64,000 nucleotides of DNA from Isurus oxyrinchus (Eukaryota), in assembly GCA_026770705.1 (NCBI GenBank), contig JANJGN010000034.1, positions 15,872,001-15,936,000 on the forward strand, written 5' to 3'. Each line of letters starts with the position of its first letter. Within the stretch, counting starts at the first letter, position 1. The notes beneath the pieces were generated by a model, which was not told the origin of the DNA, ran no database searches, and saw only the letters and a program-made list of their open reading frames with translations. A program made the translations under genes and the position numbers. Positions 23,832 to 36,959 of the stretch are shown here, one piece after another.

Positions 23832-24176
23832 GTGACTCGCCTGTCCCAGTTTCTGGGTTCCTTGGGGAGCAGGTTGTGCTGCCCTGTACCTACAAAGTGA
23901 ATGTCCCAGTCTCTGATTTACTGGTAGTCTGGGAGACAGCCAAGGGTGAAATTTTACAGAAGTTCATCGCTGAGAACGAGGATTTGACAGAACAAGATCC
24001 ACGATTCAGAAACAGAACAAACCTGTTCAAAGATCAACTGGGACAAGTCAACTGGTCAGTTCTGATCTCTGACCTCAGGGAGTCAGACCAGAACCAGTAT
24101 ATATGTGACATTTACAAGAGGATAGCTGTGGGTTATAAACCGGAGCAAACTGATATCATCCATCTTTCTGTGACAG
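23832..24176 (+). CDS. B7/butyrophilin-like single-IgV membrane protein, copy B: IgV exon
   Basis: Same splice sites and length (345 nt) as copy A. Open frame GDSPVPVSGFLGEQVVLPCTY..VVW..EQDPRFRNRTNLFKDQL..NWSVLISDLRESDQNQYIC..LSVT. Confidence 0.9.
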
Positions 24177-24221
24177 GTGAGAGGTTTCTGCTTCAGGTAT
24201 TCTGTATTTAATCACTGTATG

Positions 24222-25100
24222 GGTTCGGTAATTCAGTGGTTATGTTACTAGACTAGTAATACAGAGGCCTGGACTAATAATCCAGAGGATGAGAGTTCAA
24301 ATCCCAGCATGGCACTTCCAGAATTTAAAATCAGTTTATTAAATAAAAATCTGGGAAATATAAAGTTAGTTGCAATAAAAGTGACCCTGAAGCTGTTGGA
24401 TTGTTGTAAAACCCCAACTGGTTCATGAATGTCCCTTTAGGGAAGGAAACCTGCTGTCCTTACCCAGTCCCACAGTAACCTGGTTGGTTAAGCTGGCCTA
24501 GGAGGTCAGAGGGCAGTTAAAAATGAATTGATATCAAACCATTGGAGAGAAAGAATAGAATAAAACTGAATCATGACTGGCTTCACCCCGGGCATCGAAT
24601 CAGGAAACAACACAGACAAACCCAGGCCAGTTGACATTGCAAAGTCCCCTCACTAACATCTGGGGACTGGTGTCCAAGTTGGGAGAGCTGTCTGGCAGAG
24701 TCATACTGACAGAATTAACCCTGAATCCCAGTCTCTATCACCATCCCTGGGTATGTTCTGTCCCACTGGCAGGACAGCCCCACCAGAGGTGCAGTATACA
24801 GTCCAGAGGGAGTGGTCCCGGGAATCCTCAACATTGACTCTGAACCCCATGAAGTCTCACAGCTTCAGATCAAACACAGACCTGGAAACCTCCTGCTGAT
24901 TATCACCTACTGCCCTCCATCAGCTGATGAATCAGTACTCCCCCATGCTGAACACCACTTGGAGGAAGCAGTGAGGGTGGCAAGAACACATAATGTACTG
25001 AGTGGGGACTTCACTGTTCATCACCAAGGGTGGGTCAGTAATACCATCACTGACCAAGCTGATGGAGCCCTGAAGGACAGAGCTGTCAAACTGGGTGATG
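24222..25100 (+). mobile_element. tRNA-headed SINE-like segment plus LINE endonuclease fragment, specific to the copy B intron
   Basis: B-box gagttcaaatcc at about 24293; downstream decayed endonuclease (LLIITYCPPS..GDFTVHH). Absent from the equivalent copy A intron. Confidence 0.55.
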
Positions 25101-25530
25101 GAGTTAATGGAGCTATCATGCTGCACTCACTCTCCAGCAAAGAGCTCTGTCTGTCTCCAGATGTTGGGGTGCAGGAGGTGGGGCCCATCACGCCTCTCAG
25201 GCAGCCTCTACAAGACCCAGTGCGCTTACCTTGAAAGTGTATCCCAGTAGACCCAGGATCCTGGGAGTATTCTCTCCACAGGGGGATGTAGGCTGCTGGG
25301 AATGATCCTGCTCAGGGTAACTCTGGAAAACTTCCATTCTACAGCCCCCCACAGTTAATGCAATCTTGTTGGATTTTTCACTCTGCCGACCCCGTTACTG
25401 ATCCTTCCCGCTCAGTTTGACCCAAATCCCGTTCCTCCCAGGATGTGTTTCCCTAAAAGCCCAATAGAGCCTTTGAACATTTCTGCAGTTTGTTTCACAC
25501 ACAATACTAAACACATGATGTTTTCTTTAG

Positions 25531-25569
25531 AGCGAGCTCGTACACCTGTACCGACCACGCCTGTACCAG
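25531..25569 (+). CDS. Copy B: stalk exon (ERARTPVPTTPVP)
   Basis: ctttag| and g|gtaaat, 39 nt, phase 1-1. Confidence 0.8.
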
Positions 25570-26312
25570 GTAAATCTGTTTCTAAACTACTACATGTGTT
25601 TTCAACTCTTACATTTGAACATGCTGCAGAGACAGGGAGTAACATTGGAAGGTTTGAAATGCTGTGTGATATTTCACCATAGAATGATTCTGTGAGAGTG
25701 AGTGATGTGGGTCACTGTTACCTGTAACTGCCCCTGAAATTACCTGGAATTGTTATTTCTGTTTTCTGAATCCCACCTTCCTGTCCCTCAGATACAGAAC
25801 TGAGGATTCCTGCTTCCCACTAGCATTAGTGTCCCCGGAATTCTGTCTGGAAAGTCTTGGTACAATTTTAACCGAACCCTCCTATTGGGAAACTGATGGG
25901 ATTGTGTGTAACATTGGTTGAAGTCAGTGGGGAGTTATACTGACCTGGGTGTCAATCAGTGTTCCACCCAATCCCGTGGCTTTCCTTTCCTGATTTAATA
26001 AAAATTCCCGCTCTGTTTCAGCGGACTGTTGGGTTTAATTCGAGGGAGGTTGCTGCTGGTCAGTGTCCAGTTATCTCGATTGGAAAACATGTATCGATCA
26101 CATTGTGGGACAGTGTGTGTGTGCACGGAGCTGTGGGGTGGCCTGGTGTGTGTGTGATTATTGGTATCTAACCTCCCACATCCCTCCAGGACTAGAATTA
26201 ACCAAGGATCTGTTTGTACTGGGGTTGGTTCTGAAACACTAGGTGCTGAAGGTCTCTGCTGTTCAATTTGTTAGTGTGTCCCAGTCTGTTAATGTCTTCA
26301 TTCTGTCTCTAG

Positions 26313-26415
26313 ATCCTGGACTCTTTACTGGAGCAAGACCTGGATTGGGAATTGGAATTCTTGTTTTTCTTGTTGCTGTAATTGTGGTTTTCATATTCCA
26401 AACACGACAAAGACG
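26313..26415 (+). CDS. Copy B: transmembrane exon
   Basis: ctctag| and cg|gtgagt; DPGLFTGARPGLGIGILVFLVAVIVVFIFQTRQR; 27 nt shorter than copy A with the frame preserved. Confidence 0.85.
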
Positions 26416-27864
26416 GTGAGTTCTAGAATGTTCCACAGCTCCCATTGTTAATTCCAGTTTAGTTTTATTACATTTAGTGTTGCGGAAATGTTGTGTACAG
26501 TGATACACTTTGAGCTGTGTGGGATGTTTCAATGCTGCATTATCCAGTCACTTCCAGCTTGTAATCATCCTCTAGCTGCTGAACTGACGATGAGCAGGAA
26601 TGTGCGGCTCCCTCTATCACACAGTTAATAGACACTCGCCGAATCTCTGTACCAAAGAACTCACCAGCCGACATCCAAAATCCCCTTGTTGCCTCTCCTC
26701 TGACTTTTCTCCACCCTCTGATCCTTGCTCTGTTCCCCAGTCACTGACTCCATCCCCCTCTGTCAGCTTCAGCTCATCGAAAACTCTGCTGCCCCACATC
26801 CTAACTTACTCCCAAGTCCTGTTCACCCTCACACCCTCTGCTCACTCACCTACATTCATCCCCCTGTTCAAACTCCCCGATGGCCTCAGCCCCTCCCTAC
26901 CCCTTTTAACTCCTCCTGGGCCGACAGCCTTTGAGATGCCTGTGCTCATCTATCTGGCCTCTTGACCATCCCCTGATTTCCATCACTCCATCATTGGCGG
27001 CCGTGACGTCAGCTGCCTGGGCCCTAAGCTCTGGAATTCCCTCCCTAAACCTCTCTTTTTCAGGCACTCTTTAAAACCTACCACCTTTTGATCAAGACTT
27101 TGGTCACCTGTCCTAATATCTCCTTATGTGGCTCACGCTTTCCCCTGTTAGGCACCTTTGGACAATAAGGATGCTATATAAATGCAAGTTGTTGCTCAAT
27201 CTCAGCACCCTGTGACCCGGCCATCTGTGGTTTCCATCACTGGGACAGCCATCTTGGATTTCCTTGTCTCCTTCAACATCCCCATCTCCCTGCCCACCTC
27301 TCGCCCACCCACCGGTGGGGAGGGGAAATTATTACAGACACTCTAACCCTGTCCTCTGACTCTCCATCACGATATTTCTGTGTTTGTTGACCTGTTTGGT
27401 CACTGCTGGATTGGGCTTGAGCACATCAAGGAATATCCTGTCCATCTGTGGCTCCTCTCAATCCTTCAGGATCAGTCTGGAGAGTCCGGAAACTCCCAAC
27501 CTCCTCGTGTCTGATCTGATCCCCATTATCTTCAGCTCAGCGTTAACTGAGATCCTCATCAATTCTTCTTCATCTCCAATATTGAGGTGAGCTGGCATTT
27601 TTCTATTTGTCTGGTTCCTCAGTCAGCACAGCTCCTGTGGAGTGTCCAGCTCTTGCCCATTGCCTCCCCTATGAGCCTCCTTCCTCTACGCTCTGTGCTC
27701 CATCACCGTGCAGCTCCTGTGACCCATTTTCCAGCTGCTATTGGTACCCAGGATGTTGAGTGTAATTTTATTGGTCTGTGCTCCTGAACGGCTCCTTTAC
27801 ACACTTGTCCAAAGTGTTGGATTCTTGTAATGTCACCTGAACTCTGCTGGTTTTTCTCTCCTAG

Positions 27865-28018
27865 CAATCGACACTTGAATAATCGAAATGAAGCATCTAA
27901 GGATGTCCCTTGGACAGGGGTGAGCTGTCCAGGTGAAGCACGGGGCCTTGTGACAACAGCACCTGAGCATCAGGATGGAGAAGAAAACCTTGTGGGGAAC
28001 AGGACTGTCCAGCACTGA
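27865..28018 (+). CDS. Copy B: cytoplasmic terminal exon
   Basis: tttttctctcctag|, phase 2; NRHLNNRNEASKDVPWTGVSCPGEARGLVTTAPEHQDGEENLVGNRTVQH*. Confidence 0.65.
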
Positions 28019-28179
28019 CTGAGTTTCCCCAGCACTGAGCCTGTGTCAGGGAGGGGAAAATCAGCCCAGAGTGGATGATTGTTACATATGAATGTATAAC
28101 CCTCTGCGCTGTGGAGGCTCCCCCCCTCATCGCCACCACTGCCCTGCAGGGGCCCAGCCTTCTCCCCACTCCCAATGTC

Positions 28180-31100
28180 ATGCAGAGGATCTCTCCCGAC
28201 ACGCCAGGGCAGCCCACCGAGGCAGCCGCACCCCCCTCCTCCCCCACAATGAGGCACTGAGGTCTAAGTGCTGAGGGATGTATTAGAGTTTCGGGGCAGC
28301 CGCCACAAAGGCACAATGGGGAAAGGTCGCTGTCTAAGACCTTTCAGCTACAGGGCACCGAGGGGCTGGGAACTGTATAGACCCCTCGGGCTGTACGACT
28401 CAGACGGAAAGTATACAGTGAACACTAAATATATCATAATTGTATTGAAGCACCTCAGAGTGCTAACATGATGTATGGCGATAACATGAATAGCTTTGCA
28501 CTGTCTGACTCTCTGTAATGACCATATTGAAATGTCTGTAATATTGATTCTATTGAAACACCTCATGACCTGTGTGGAAAACTGGAATATGATTGGTCAT
28601 CACAAAAAAATGCATTTTGAAATGCCCCCTCAGTACTGACCCTCCGACAGCGCGGAGCCCCCTCAGTACTGACCCTCTGACAGCGCGGAGCCCCCTCAGT
28701 ACTGACCCTCTGACAGCGCGGAGCCCCCTCAGTACTGACTCTCCAACAGCACATCGCCCCCTCAGTACTGACCCTCTGACAGCGCGGAGCCCCCTCAGTA
28801 CTGACCCTCCAACAGCACGGAGACCCCTCAGTACTGACACATCAACAGCACTGCACCACCTCAGTGTCGTCTTTCCGACAGTGCGGAGCCCCCACAGTGT
28901 TGACCCTCCGACAGTGCGGTGCCCCTCAATTGTGACCCTCTGACAGCGTGGAGCCCCCTCAGTACTGAACCTCCGACAGCGCGGAGCCCCCTCAGTACTG
29001 ACCCTCAGACAGCGCGGCGCCCCCTCAGTACTGAACCTCCGACAGCACGGAGCCACCTCTACTGACCCTCCGACAGCGCGGAACCCCCTCAGTACTGACC
29101 CTCCACAGCGCGGAGCCCCCTCAGTACTGACCCTCCGACCACGTGGAGCCCCCTCAGTACTGACCCTCCGACAACAGAATGTGTTAATAGCAGAACGATG
29201 GTCAACACTCGGTGAAAGAACAACATGGAAGAAGTGACAGATGGTGTTTCGTGGTGGGGAGAGGGGACATTGGAAGCGAGACGATTACCAAGTGGAATAA
29301 AAAAGTGGATAAATTAATGAATAAATAATAAAAATAAGGAGCTAAAACAATAAAAGCACTTTCATGACGGGACGTTGTTGAACTCCATGTTAAGTCTGCT
29401 GTTTCTCCAGTTTCCTGTTCTGCTTTGGTGTGTCGGGTCAATTCTTCCACAGGTCCTCCACCCCTGGAATCGGGGAGAAATTGGTGCCTTCTCTCCATCC
29501 AGAAACTGAACTGGACCAGCCATGTACATACTGTGGCCACAAGAGCAGGTCAGAGGCTGGGAATCCTGTGGTGAGTAACTCACCTCCTGACTCCCCAAAG
29601 CTTGTCCACCATCTACAAGGCACAAGTCAGGAGTGTGATGGAATACTCCCCACTTGCCTGGATGAGTGCAGCTCCCACAACACTCAAGAAGCTCGACACC
29701 ATCCAGGACAAAGCAGCCCCGCTTGATTGGCACCCCATCCACAAACATTCACTCCCTCCACCACCGACACACAGTAGCAGCAGTGTGTGTACCATCTACA
29801 AGATGCACTGCAGAAATTCACCAAGGCTCCTTAGACAGCATCTTCCAAACCCATGCTGGCTCCCCTACCAACACCACCAATGCCCTGCAGGGACCAGCCC
29901 TCCCCACTCCCCCCGACACGCCAGGGCAGCCCACCGAGGCAGCCGCAACCCCCCCCCCTCCTCCCCCACAATGAGGCACTGAGGTCTAAGTGCTGAGGGA
30001 TGTATTAGAGTTTGGGGGCAGCCACCACAAAGGCACAATGGGGAAAGGTCGCTGTCTAAGACCTTTCAGCGACAGTGCACCGAGGGGCTGGGAATTGTAT
30101 CGACCCCTCGGGCTGTACGACTCAGACGGAAAGTATACAGTGAACACTAAATATAACATAATTGTATTGAAGCACCTCAGAGTGTTAACATGATGTATGT
30201 CGATAACGTGAATAGCTTTGCGCTGTCTGACTCTCTGTAATGACCATATTGAAATGTCTGTAATATTGATTCTATTGAAACACCTCATGACCTGTGTGGA
30301 AAACTGGAATATGATTGGCCATCACAAAAAAATGGATTTTGAAATGATCCCTCAGCACCCACCCTCTGACAGCGCGGAGCCCCCTCAGTACTGACCTTCC
30401 GACAGCGCGGAGCCTCCTCAGTATTGCCCCTCTGACAGCGTGGAGCCCCCTCAGCACCCACCCTCCAACAGTGCGGAGCCCCCTCAGTACTGACGCTATG
30501 ACAGCGCAGTGCCCCCTCGGTACTGACCCTCCAACAGCGTGGCGCCCCCTCAGTACTGACCCTCCGACAGTGCTGAGCCCCCTCAGTACTGACCCTCCGA
30601 CAGCGCGGCGCCCCCTCAGTACTGACCCTCCGACAGCACGGAGCCACCTCTACTGACCCTCCGACAGTGCAGAGCCCCCCTCAGTACTCACCCTCCGACA
30701 ACACCTTGCCCCCTCAGTGCGGACCCTCTGACAGCGCGTAGCCCCCTCAGTACTGACCCTCGACAGCGCGGAGCCCCCTCAGTACTGACCCTCCCTCAGC
30801 GCAGAGCCCCCTCAGTACTGACCCTCCGACAACGCCTTGCCCCCTCAGTACTGACCCTCGACAGCACAGCGCCCCCTCAGTACTGACCCTCGACAGCGCG
30901 GAGCCCCCTCAGTACTGACCCTCCCTCAGCGCGTAGCCCCCTCAGTACTGACCCTCCCTCAGCGCGGAGCCCCCTCAGTACTGACCCTCCGACAGCGCGT
31001 AGCCCCCTCAGTACTGACCCTCCGACAGCGCGTAGCCCCCTCAGTACTGACCCTCCGACAGCGCGTAGCCCCCTCAGTACTGACCCTCCGATAGCGCGGA

Positions 31101-33690
31101 GCCCCCTCAGTACTGACCCTCCGACAACGCCTTGCCCCCTCAGTACTGACCCTCCGACAGCGCGGAGCCCCCTCAGTACTGACCCTCCGACAGCGCGTAG
31201 CCCCCTCAGTACTGACCCTCCGACAGCGCGGAGCCCCCTCAGTACTGACCCTCCGACAGCGCGGAGCCCCCTCAGTACTGACCCTCCGACAGCGCGGAGC
31301 CCCCTCAGTACTGACCCTCCCTCAGCGCGGAGCCCCCTCAGTACTGACCCTCCGACAGCACGGAGCCCCCTCAGTACTGACCCTCCCTCAGCGCGGCGCC
31401 CCCTCAGTACTGACCCTCCGACAGCGCGGAGCCCCCTCAGTACTGACCCTCCGACAGCACGGAGCCCCCTCAGTACTGACCCTCCCTCAGCGCGTAGCCC
31501 CCTCAGTACTGACCCTCCGACAGCGCGGAGCCCCCTGAGTACTGACCCTCCCTCAGTGCGTAGCCCCCTCAGTACTGACCCTCCCTCAGCGCGGAGACCC
31601 CTCAGTACTGACCCTCCGACAGCGCGGAGCCCCCTCAGTACTGACCCTCCGACAGCGCGGCGCCCCCTCAGTACTGACCCTCCGACAGCACCTTGCCCCC
31701 TCAGTACTGACCCTCCGACAGCGCGTAGCCCCCTCAGTACTGACCCGCCGACCGCGGTGCCCGCTCAGTACTGACCCTCCCTCAGCGCGGATCCCCCTCA
31801 GTACTGACCCTCGACAGCGCGGCGCCCCCTCAGTACTGACCCTCCCTCAGCGCGGAGCCCCCTCAGTACTGACCCTCCCTCAGCGCGGCGCCCCCTCAGT
31901 ACTGACCCTCCGACAGCGCGGAGCCCCCTCAGTACTGACCCTCCGACAGCGCGGAGCCCGCTCAGTACTGACCCTCCGATAGCGCGTAGCCCCCTCAGTA
32001 CTGACCCTCCGATAGCGCGTAGCCCCCTCAGTACTGACCCTCCGACAGCGCGTAGCCCCCTCAGTACTGACCCTCCGACAGCGCGGAGCCCCCTCAGTAC
32101 TGACCCTCCGACAGCAGAATATGTTAATAGCAGAACGATGGTCAACACTCGGTGAAAGAACAACATGGAAGAAGTGACAGATGGTGTTTCGGGGTGGGGA
32201 GAGGGGACATTGGAAGCGAGACGATTACCAAGTGGAATAAAAAAGTGGATAAATTAATGAATAAACAATAAAAATAAGGAGCTAAAACAATAAAAGCACT
32301 TTCATGACTGGACGTTGTTGAACTCCATGTTAAGTCTGCTGTTTCTCCAGTTTCCTGTTCTGCTTTGACGTCTCGGGTCAATTCTTCCACAGGTCCTCCA
32401 CCCCTGGAATCGGGGAGAAATTGGTGCCTTCTCTCCACCCAGAAACTGAACTGGACTAGCCATGTACATACTGTGGCTACAAGAGCAGGTCAGAGGCTGG
32501 GAATCCTGCGGTGAGTAACTCACCTCCTGACCCCCCAAAGCCTGTCCACCATCTACAAGGCACAAGTCAGGAGTGTGATGGAATACTCCCCACTTGCCTG
32601 AATGAGTGCAGCTCCCACAACACTCAAGAAGCTCGACACCATCCAGGACAAAGCAGCCCCGCTTGATTGGCACCCCATCCACAAACATTCACTCCCTCCA
32701 CCACCGACACACAGTAGCAGCAGTGTGTGTACCATCTACAAGATGCACTGCAGGAATTCACCAAGGCTCCTTAGACAGCATCTTCCAAACCCATGCTGGC
32801 TCCCCCACCAACACCACCGCTGGCCTGCAGGGACCAGCCCTCCCCACTCTCCCCGACACACCAGGGCAGCCCACCGAGGCAGCTGCAACACCCCCCTCCT
32901 CCCCCACAATGAGGTACTGAGGTCTAAGTGCTGAGGGATGTATTAGAGTTTGGGGGCAGCCGCCACAAAGGCACAATGGGGAAAGGTCGCTGTGTAAGAC
33001 CTTTCAGCGACAGTGCACCGAGGGGCTGGGAATTTTATAGACCCCTCGGGCTGTACGACTCAGACGGAAAGTATACAGTGAACACTAAATATATCATAAT
33101 TGTATTGAAGCACCTCAGAGTGTTAACATGATGTATGTCGATAACGTGAATAGCTTTGCACTGTCTGACTCTCTGTAATGTCCATATTGAAATGTCTGTA
33201 ATATTGATTCCATTGAAACACCTCATGACCTGTGTGGAAAACTGGAATATGATTGGCCATCACAAAGAAATGGATTTTGAAATGACCCCTCAGCACCCAC
33301 CCTCTGACAGCGCGGAGCCCCCTCAGTACTGACGCTCCGACAACGCCTTGCCCCCTCAGTGCGGACCCTCCGACAGTGCGGTGCCCCCTCAGTACTGACC
33401 CTCCGACAACATCTTGCCCCCTCAGTACTGACCCTCGACAGCGCGGCACCCCCTCAGTACTGACCCTCCGATAGCGCAGCGCCCCCTCAGTACTGACCCT
33501 CTGACAACGCCTTGCCCCCTCAGTGCGGACCCTCCGACAGCGCGGCGCCCCCTCAGTACTGACCCTCCGACATCTTGCCCCCTCAGTACTGACCCTCGAC
33601 AGTGCGGCACCCCCTCAGTACTGACCCTCCGATAGCGCAGCGCCCCCTCAGTACTGACCCTCCGACAGCGCGGCTCCCCCTCAGTGTCGA
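28180..33690 (+). repeat. Tandemly triplicated composite unit: Tx1 3' end + 33-bp minisatellite + Penelope and CR1 fragments
   Basis: The same junctions recur at about 28180, 29900 and 32840. Arrays of the 33-mer ctcagtactgaccctccgacagcgcggagcccc lie at about 28625-29175, 30350-32115 and 33290-33690. Confidence 0.85.
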
Positions 33691-33838
33691 CCACCCTAAC
33701 GAGTGACCAGTATTGTTCCATGAAAGTCCCAAAGTGCCTCAGCCGATGAATACATGGAGGTGTCCAAAAGGAGGAAATCAGTATTCCAATTTTTAAAGAA
33801 ACTCACAGCACCCTGTGAAAGTTGTTTGAACAAAGTGT

Positions 33839-33844
33839 TTTATT
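33839..33844 (-). terminator. Candidate poly(A) signal of the BTG-like gene
   Basis: AATAAA on the - strand, at the end of about 1.3 kb of mostly unique sequence downstream of the stop, preceded by U-rich elements. Confidence 0.5.
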
Positions 33845-34932
33845 TTACACTCACACCAGAAAAAAATAAAGTTAATGAGACATTCAGAATAAGCCATTTA
33901 ACTTACACTTAACTTGATGGTCAATAAATACTGAGTTTTATAAAAGTTTCTCCCGTTCACCAGTTGGGGAGCAGTAACACTGTGCTGGTCCGCTGTGATA
34001 TTTCTCTAATATATGTAAAGACTTGGAGAGACATGAACTGGGTGAGGGCCTGGGTAAGGGGCTTCCAGTCGCCCCACAGGGGAGCTTGTGTCCCTGGGTT
34101 ACTGGGGTGGAAACACCAGTCAGTGTTTGAGGGTGGGAATGGGCAATGGCAGCAGGAGAGCAGACCAGGGGATCACTGTGTTAACACACTGTGGCCTTTG
34201 GTATGAATGAACACAGCAAGCTGACTCAGGAGGCCATTCAGAGATGGAGACCCTTCCCCAGCCTGGGAGAAAGATACAGGAACATGGGAATAACTATTCC
34301 CACATCAAGGAAGAACAGCAGCTAAAAAATCCCAGAGATCGAGATTTGTTCCTGAACACATCCTCAGGAAACAATTCCCCAAATCCCTTTTAAACAATTT
34401 TTGGATTTATATAATTTAGAATTGCCCAATATATATTGCACAGAAAACACACTCTTTGAGTGCTAGAGTTTGTCCTAATGTCATCAGCAACCCATTCGCC
34501 AGGCACCTTCTGGAGCCTCACTCAGTGGATGTAGATGGGCTATTTGGCTATGATAAGCATCACAGTTAAGTTTCTTACCCAAGAGAGGCTCTGAGATTTC
34601 AACAGGAGCGAATGGAGCGTGATCAGCAGCAGGAAATAAAAGAAATGTGCAAAAACATTAACTATTCCACAAGCCAAATGGATGATAATTTAATAAATAC
34701 ATATTAACAAATATCTGGGATATTTCAGTTTAATGTTACACAATCCCTCTTGTAAACATGATAAATAACAATCACCTGTCAGGCAATGTGGACACACCTC
34801 ATATTTTCAAAGATACCTGAGTTTTTTGTACAGATTTATAATACAGAAATGGCTTCAATTATATATAAAGTATACACAGACCCACAGGAGCAGCAGTGCA
34901 AACCCTACAAACACACATGGGCAGTGTGGGCC

Positions 34933-34975
<43 letters not shown>

Positions 34976-35142
34976 TAGTGAATTTTACATAGAGCGACAT
35001 TTCTTTCTTGGACTCATTCACACACACACCTTGCTCACACAGACACGGCTTGGCCATTTGCAGACACAGAGCAGTTAAGCACACAGTTGGCACAGCTCAG
35101 TGCCAACGAGGTATCCGCCCCCTCTGCTCGCCAGGACCTTCA

Positions 35143-35346
35143 TCATTTGTGCCTTTTGCCGATCTTCGAGTGGTGGGCCTGCCCCTGAGGCAGGAGGAAA
35201 CCTGGGGGAGGTCGCAGGGTCTTGTCCAGTCCGGGTATCAAGTAGTAGCTGATGAGGGGGATGGGCTGGTAGAATGTGGCATACTGCACCGGCTTGTGAG
35301 GGTACAGAGGCCACGCAGTAGTGCACTGGGGGAAACTTCCAGAAAC
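35143..35346 (-). CDS. BTG3/BTG4-like protein, last coding exon
   Basis: Acceptor ttccttag|, phase 0; VSGSFPQCTTAWPLYPHKPVQYATFYQPIPLISYYLIPGLDKTLRPPPGFLLPQGQAHHSKIGKRHK*. Confidence 0.75.
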   Translation of the reverse strand, partial: VSGSFPQCTTAWPLYPHKPVQYATFYQPIPLISYYLIPGLDKTLRPPPGFLLPQGQAHHSKIGKRHK

Positions 35347-35609
35347 CTAAGGAAAGAAATTATTAAAGCAATTAAACATGACAAATCACACACCCAAGCT
35401 CCATTTAATCCCCAGCCCCATCCCCACAGGCAAGGACTTGCATTTCTCTAGCGCCTTTCCCCCACCTCAGGATGTCCCAAAGTATTTCACAGCCAATGAA
35501 GTAATTTATGTGAAGTGTGGTCACTGTTGTAAATAGAGGAAACGTGGCAGCCAACTATTGCGCAACAAGCTTCCACGGAGAGAAAGAGAGACAGATGGTG
35601 TTAGGGAGG

Positions 35610-36500
35610 GAGAGAGTGAGTTTAGGGAGGGAATTCCAGAGCTCAGGGCCCCCAGGCAGCTGAAGGCACGGCCGCCATTGGTGGAGCGATGGGAATCGGG
35701 CGATGGTCAAGAGGCTGGAATTGGAGGAGCGCAGTGATCTCGGATGGTTGTAGGGGCTGGAGGAGGTTACAGAGATAGGGAGGGTTGTAGGGCCTGGAGG
35801 AGGTTACAGAGATAGGGAGGGTTGTAGGGGCTGGAGGAGGTTACAGAGATAGGGAGGGTTGCAGGGGCTGGAGGAGGTTACAGAGATAGGGAGGGTTGTA
35901 GGGGCTGGAGGAGGTTACAGAGATAGGGCGGGTTGTAGGGGCTGGAGGAGGTTACAGAGATAGGGAGGGTTGTCGGGGCTGGAGAAGGTTACAGAGATAG
36001 GGAGGGTTGTCGGGGCTGGAGAAGGTTACAGAGATAGGGAGGGTTGTTGGGGCTGGAGAAGGTTACAGAGAGAGGGAGGGTTGTAGGAGCTGGAGGAGGT
36101 TACAGAGATAGGAAGGGTTGTAGGGGCTGGAGGAGGTTACAGAGATAGGGAGGGTTGTAGGGGCTGGAGGAGGTTACAGAGATAGGGAGGGTTGTAGGGG
36201 CTGGAGGAGGTTACAGAGATAGGGCGGGTTGTAGGGGCTGGAGGAGATTACAGAGATAGGGCGGGTTGTAGGGGCTGGAGGAGGTTACAGAGATAGGGAG
36301 GGTTGTAGGGGCTGGAGGAGGTTACAGAGATAGGGAGGGTTGTAGGGGCTGGAGGAGGTTATGGAGAGTTGTTGGGGCTGGAGGAAGTTACGGAGCTAGG
36401 GAAGGTTATAGGGGCTGGAAAAGGTTACAGAGATAGGGCTGCAGGGGCTGGTGGAGGTTACGGAGCTGGGGAGGGTTCCAGGGGCTTATGGAAATAGGGA
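35610..36500 (+). repeat. 37-bp minisatellite within a LINE-derived fragment
   Basis: Tandem gagatagggagggttgtaggggctggaggaggttaca. Confidence 0.9.
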
Positions 36501-36751
36501 GGGGTGAGGAAGAATTTGAAAACAAGGATGACATTTTTTTAAAAACGAAGGTGTTGCTGGACCGGGAGCCAGTGTAGGTCAGTGAGCGACAAGATGGTGA
36601 TGGGTGAATGGGACTGAACGCGAGTTAGAATCCGGGGGCAGTTGAGTTTTTGATGAGTTTCCAGGGGTAGAAGGTGGGAGATCGGCCCAGAGAGTATTAG
36701 AATCATTCACTCCGACCCCTCCCAGCATCGAGTGCTCAATGTTCTCTTTAC

Positions 36752-36959
36752 CTTGCCAGTAGCTTCAGCTGTTTTTGCTGCGGTTTGCTCCATTGTTCGA
36801 CGTTTGGCACGTATCTCTTCATCTGACGAAGTCTCCGAGTGGGAGCCGGATGTGCTGCACTCCGAGGATGCGCTGCCTTGCTCAGAGTCTAATGACGCCA
36901 TCTTCTTGGAGTCTTGTGCAAACTGAGCAACAGTGAAAGGCAGACACCCCTCACCACAC
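36752..36959 (-). CDS. BTG3/BTG4-like protein, coding exon 3
   Basis: 208 nt, phase 2-0; CGEGCLPFTVAQF..SGSHSETSSDEE..ATGK|gtaaag. The SSDEE motif is shared with BTG3/4. Confidence 0.9.

Noticed and set aside
28550-33721. Repetitive ORFs (STDPPTAR / RVSTEG)
   Set aside because: Translations of the 33-bp minisatellite, open only because the unit length is a multiple of 3.
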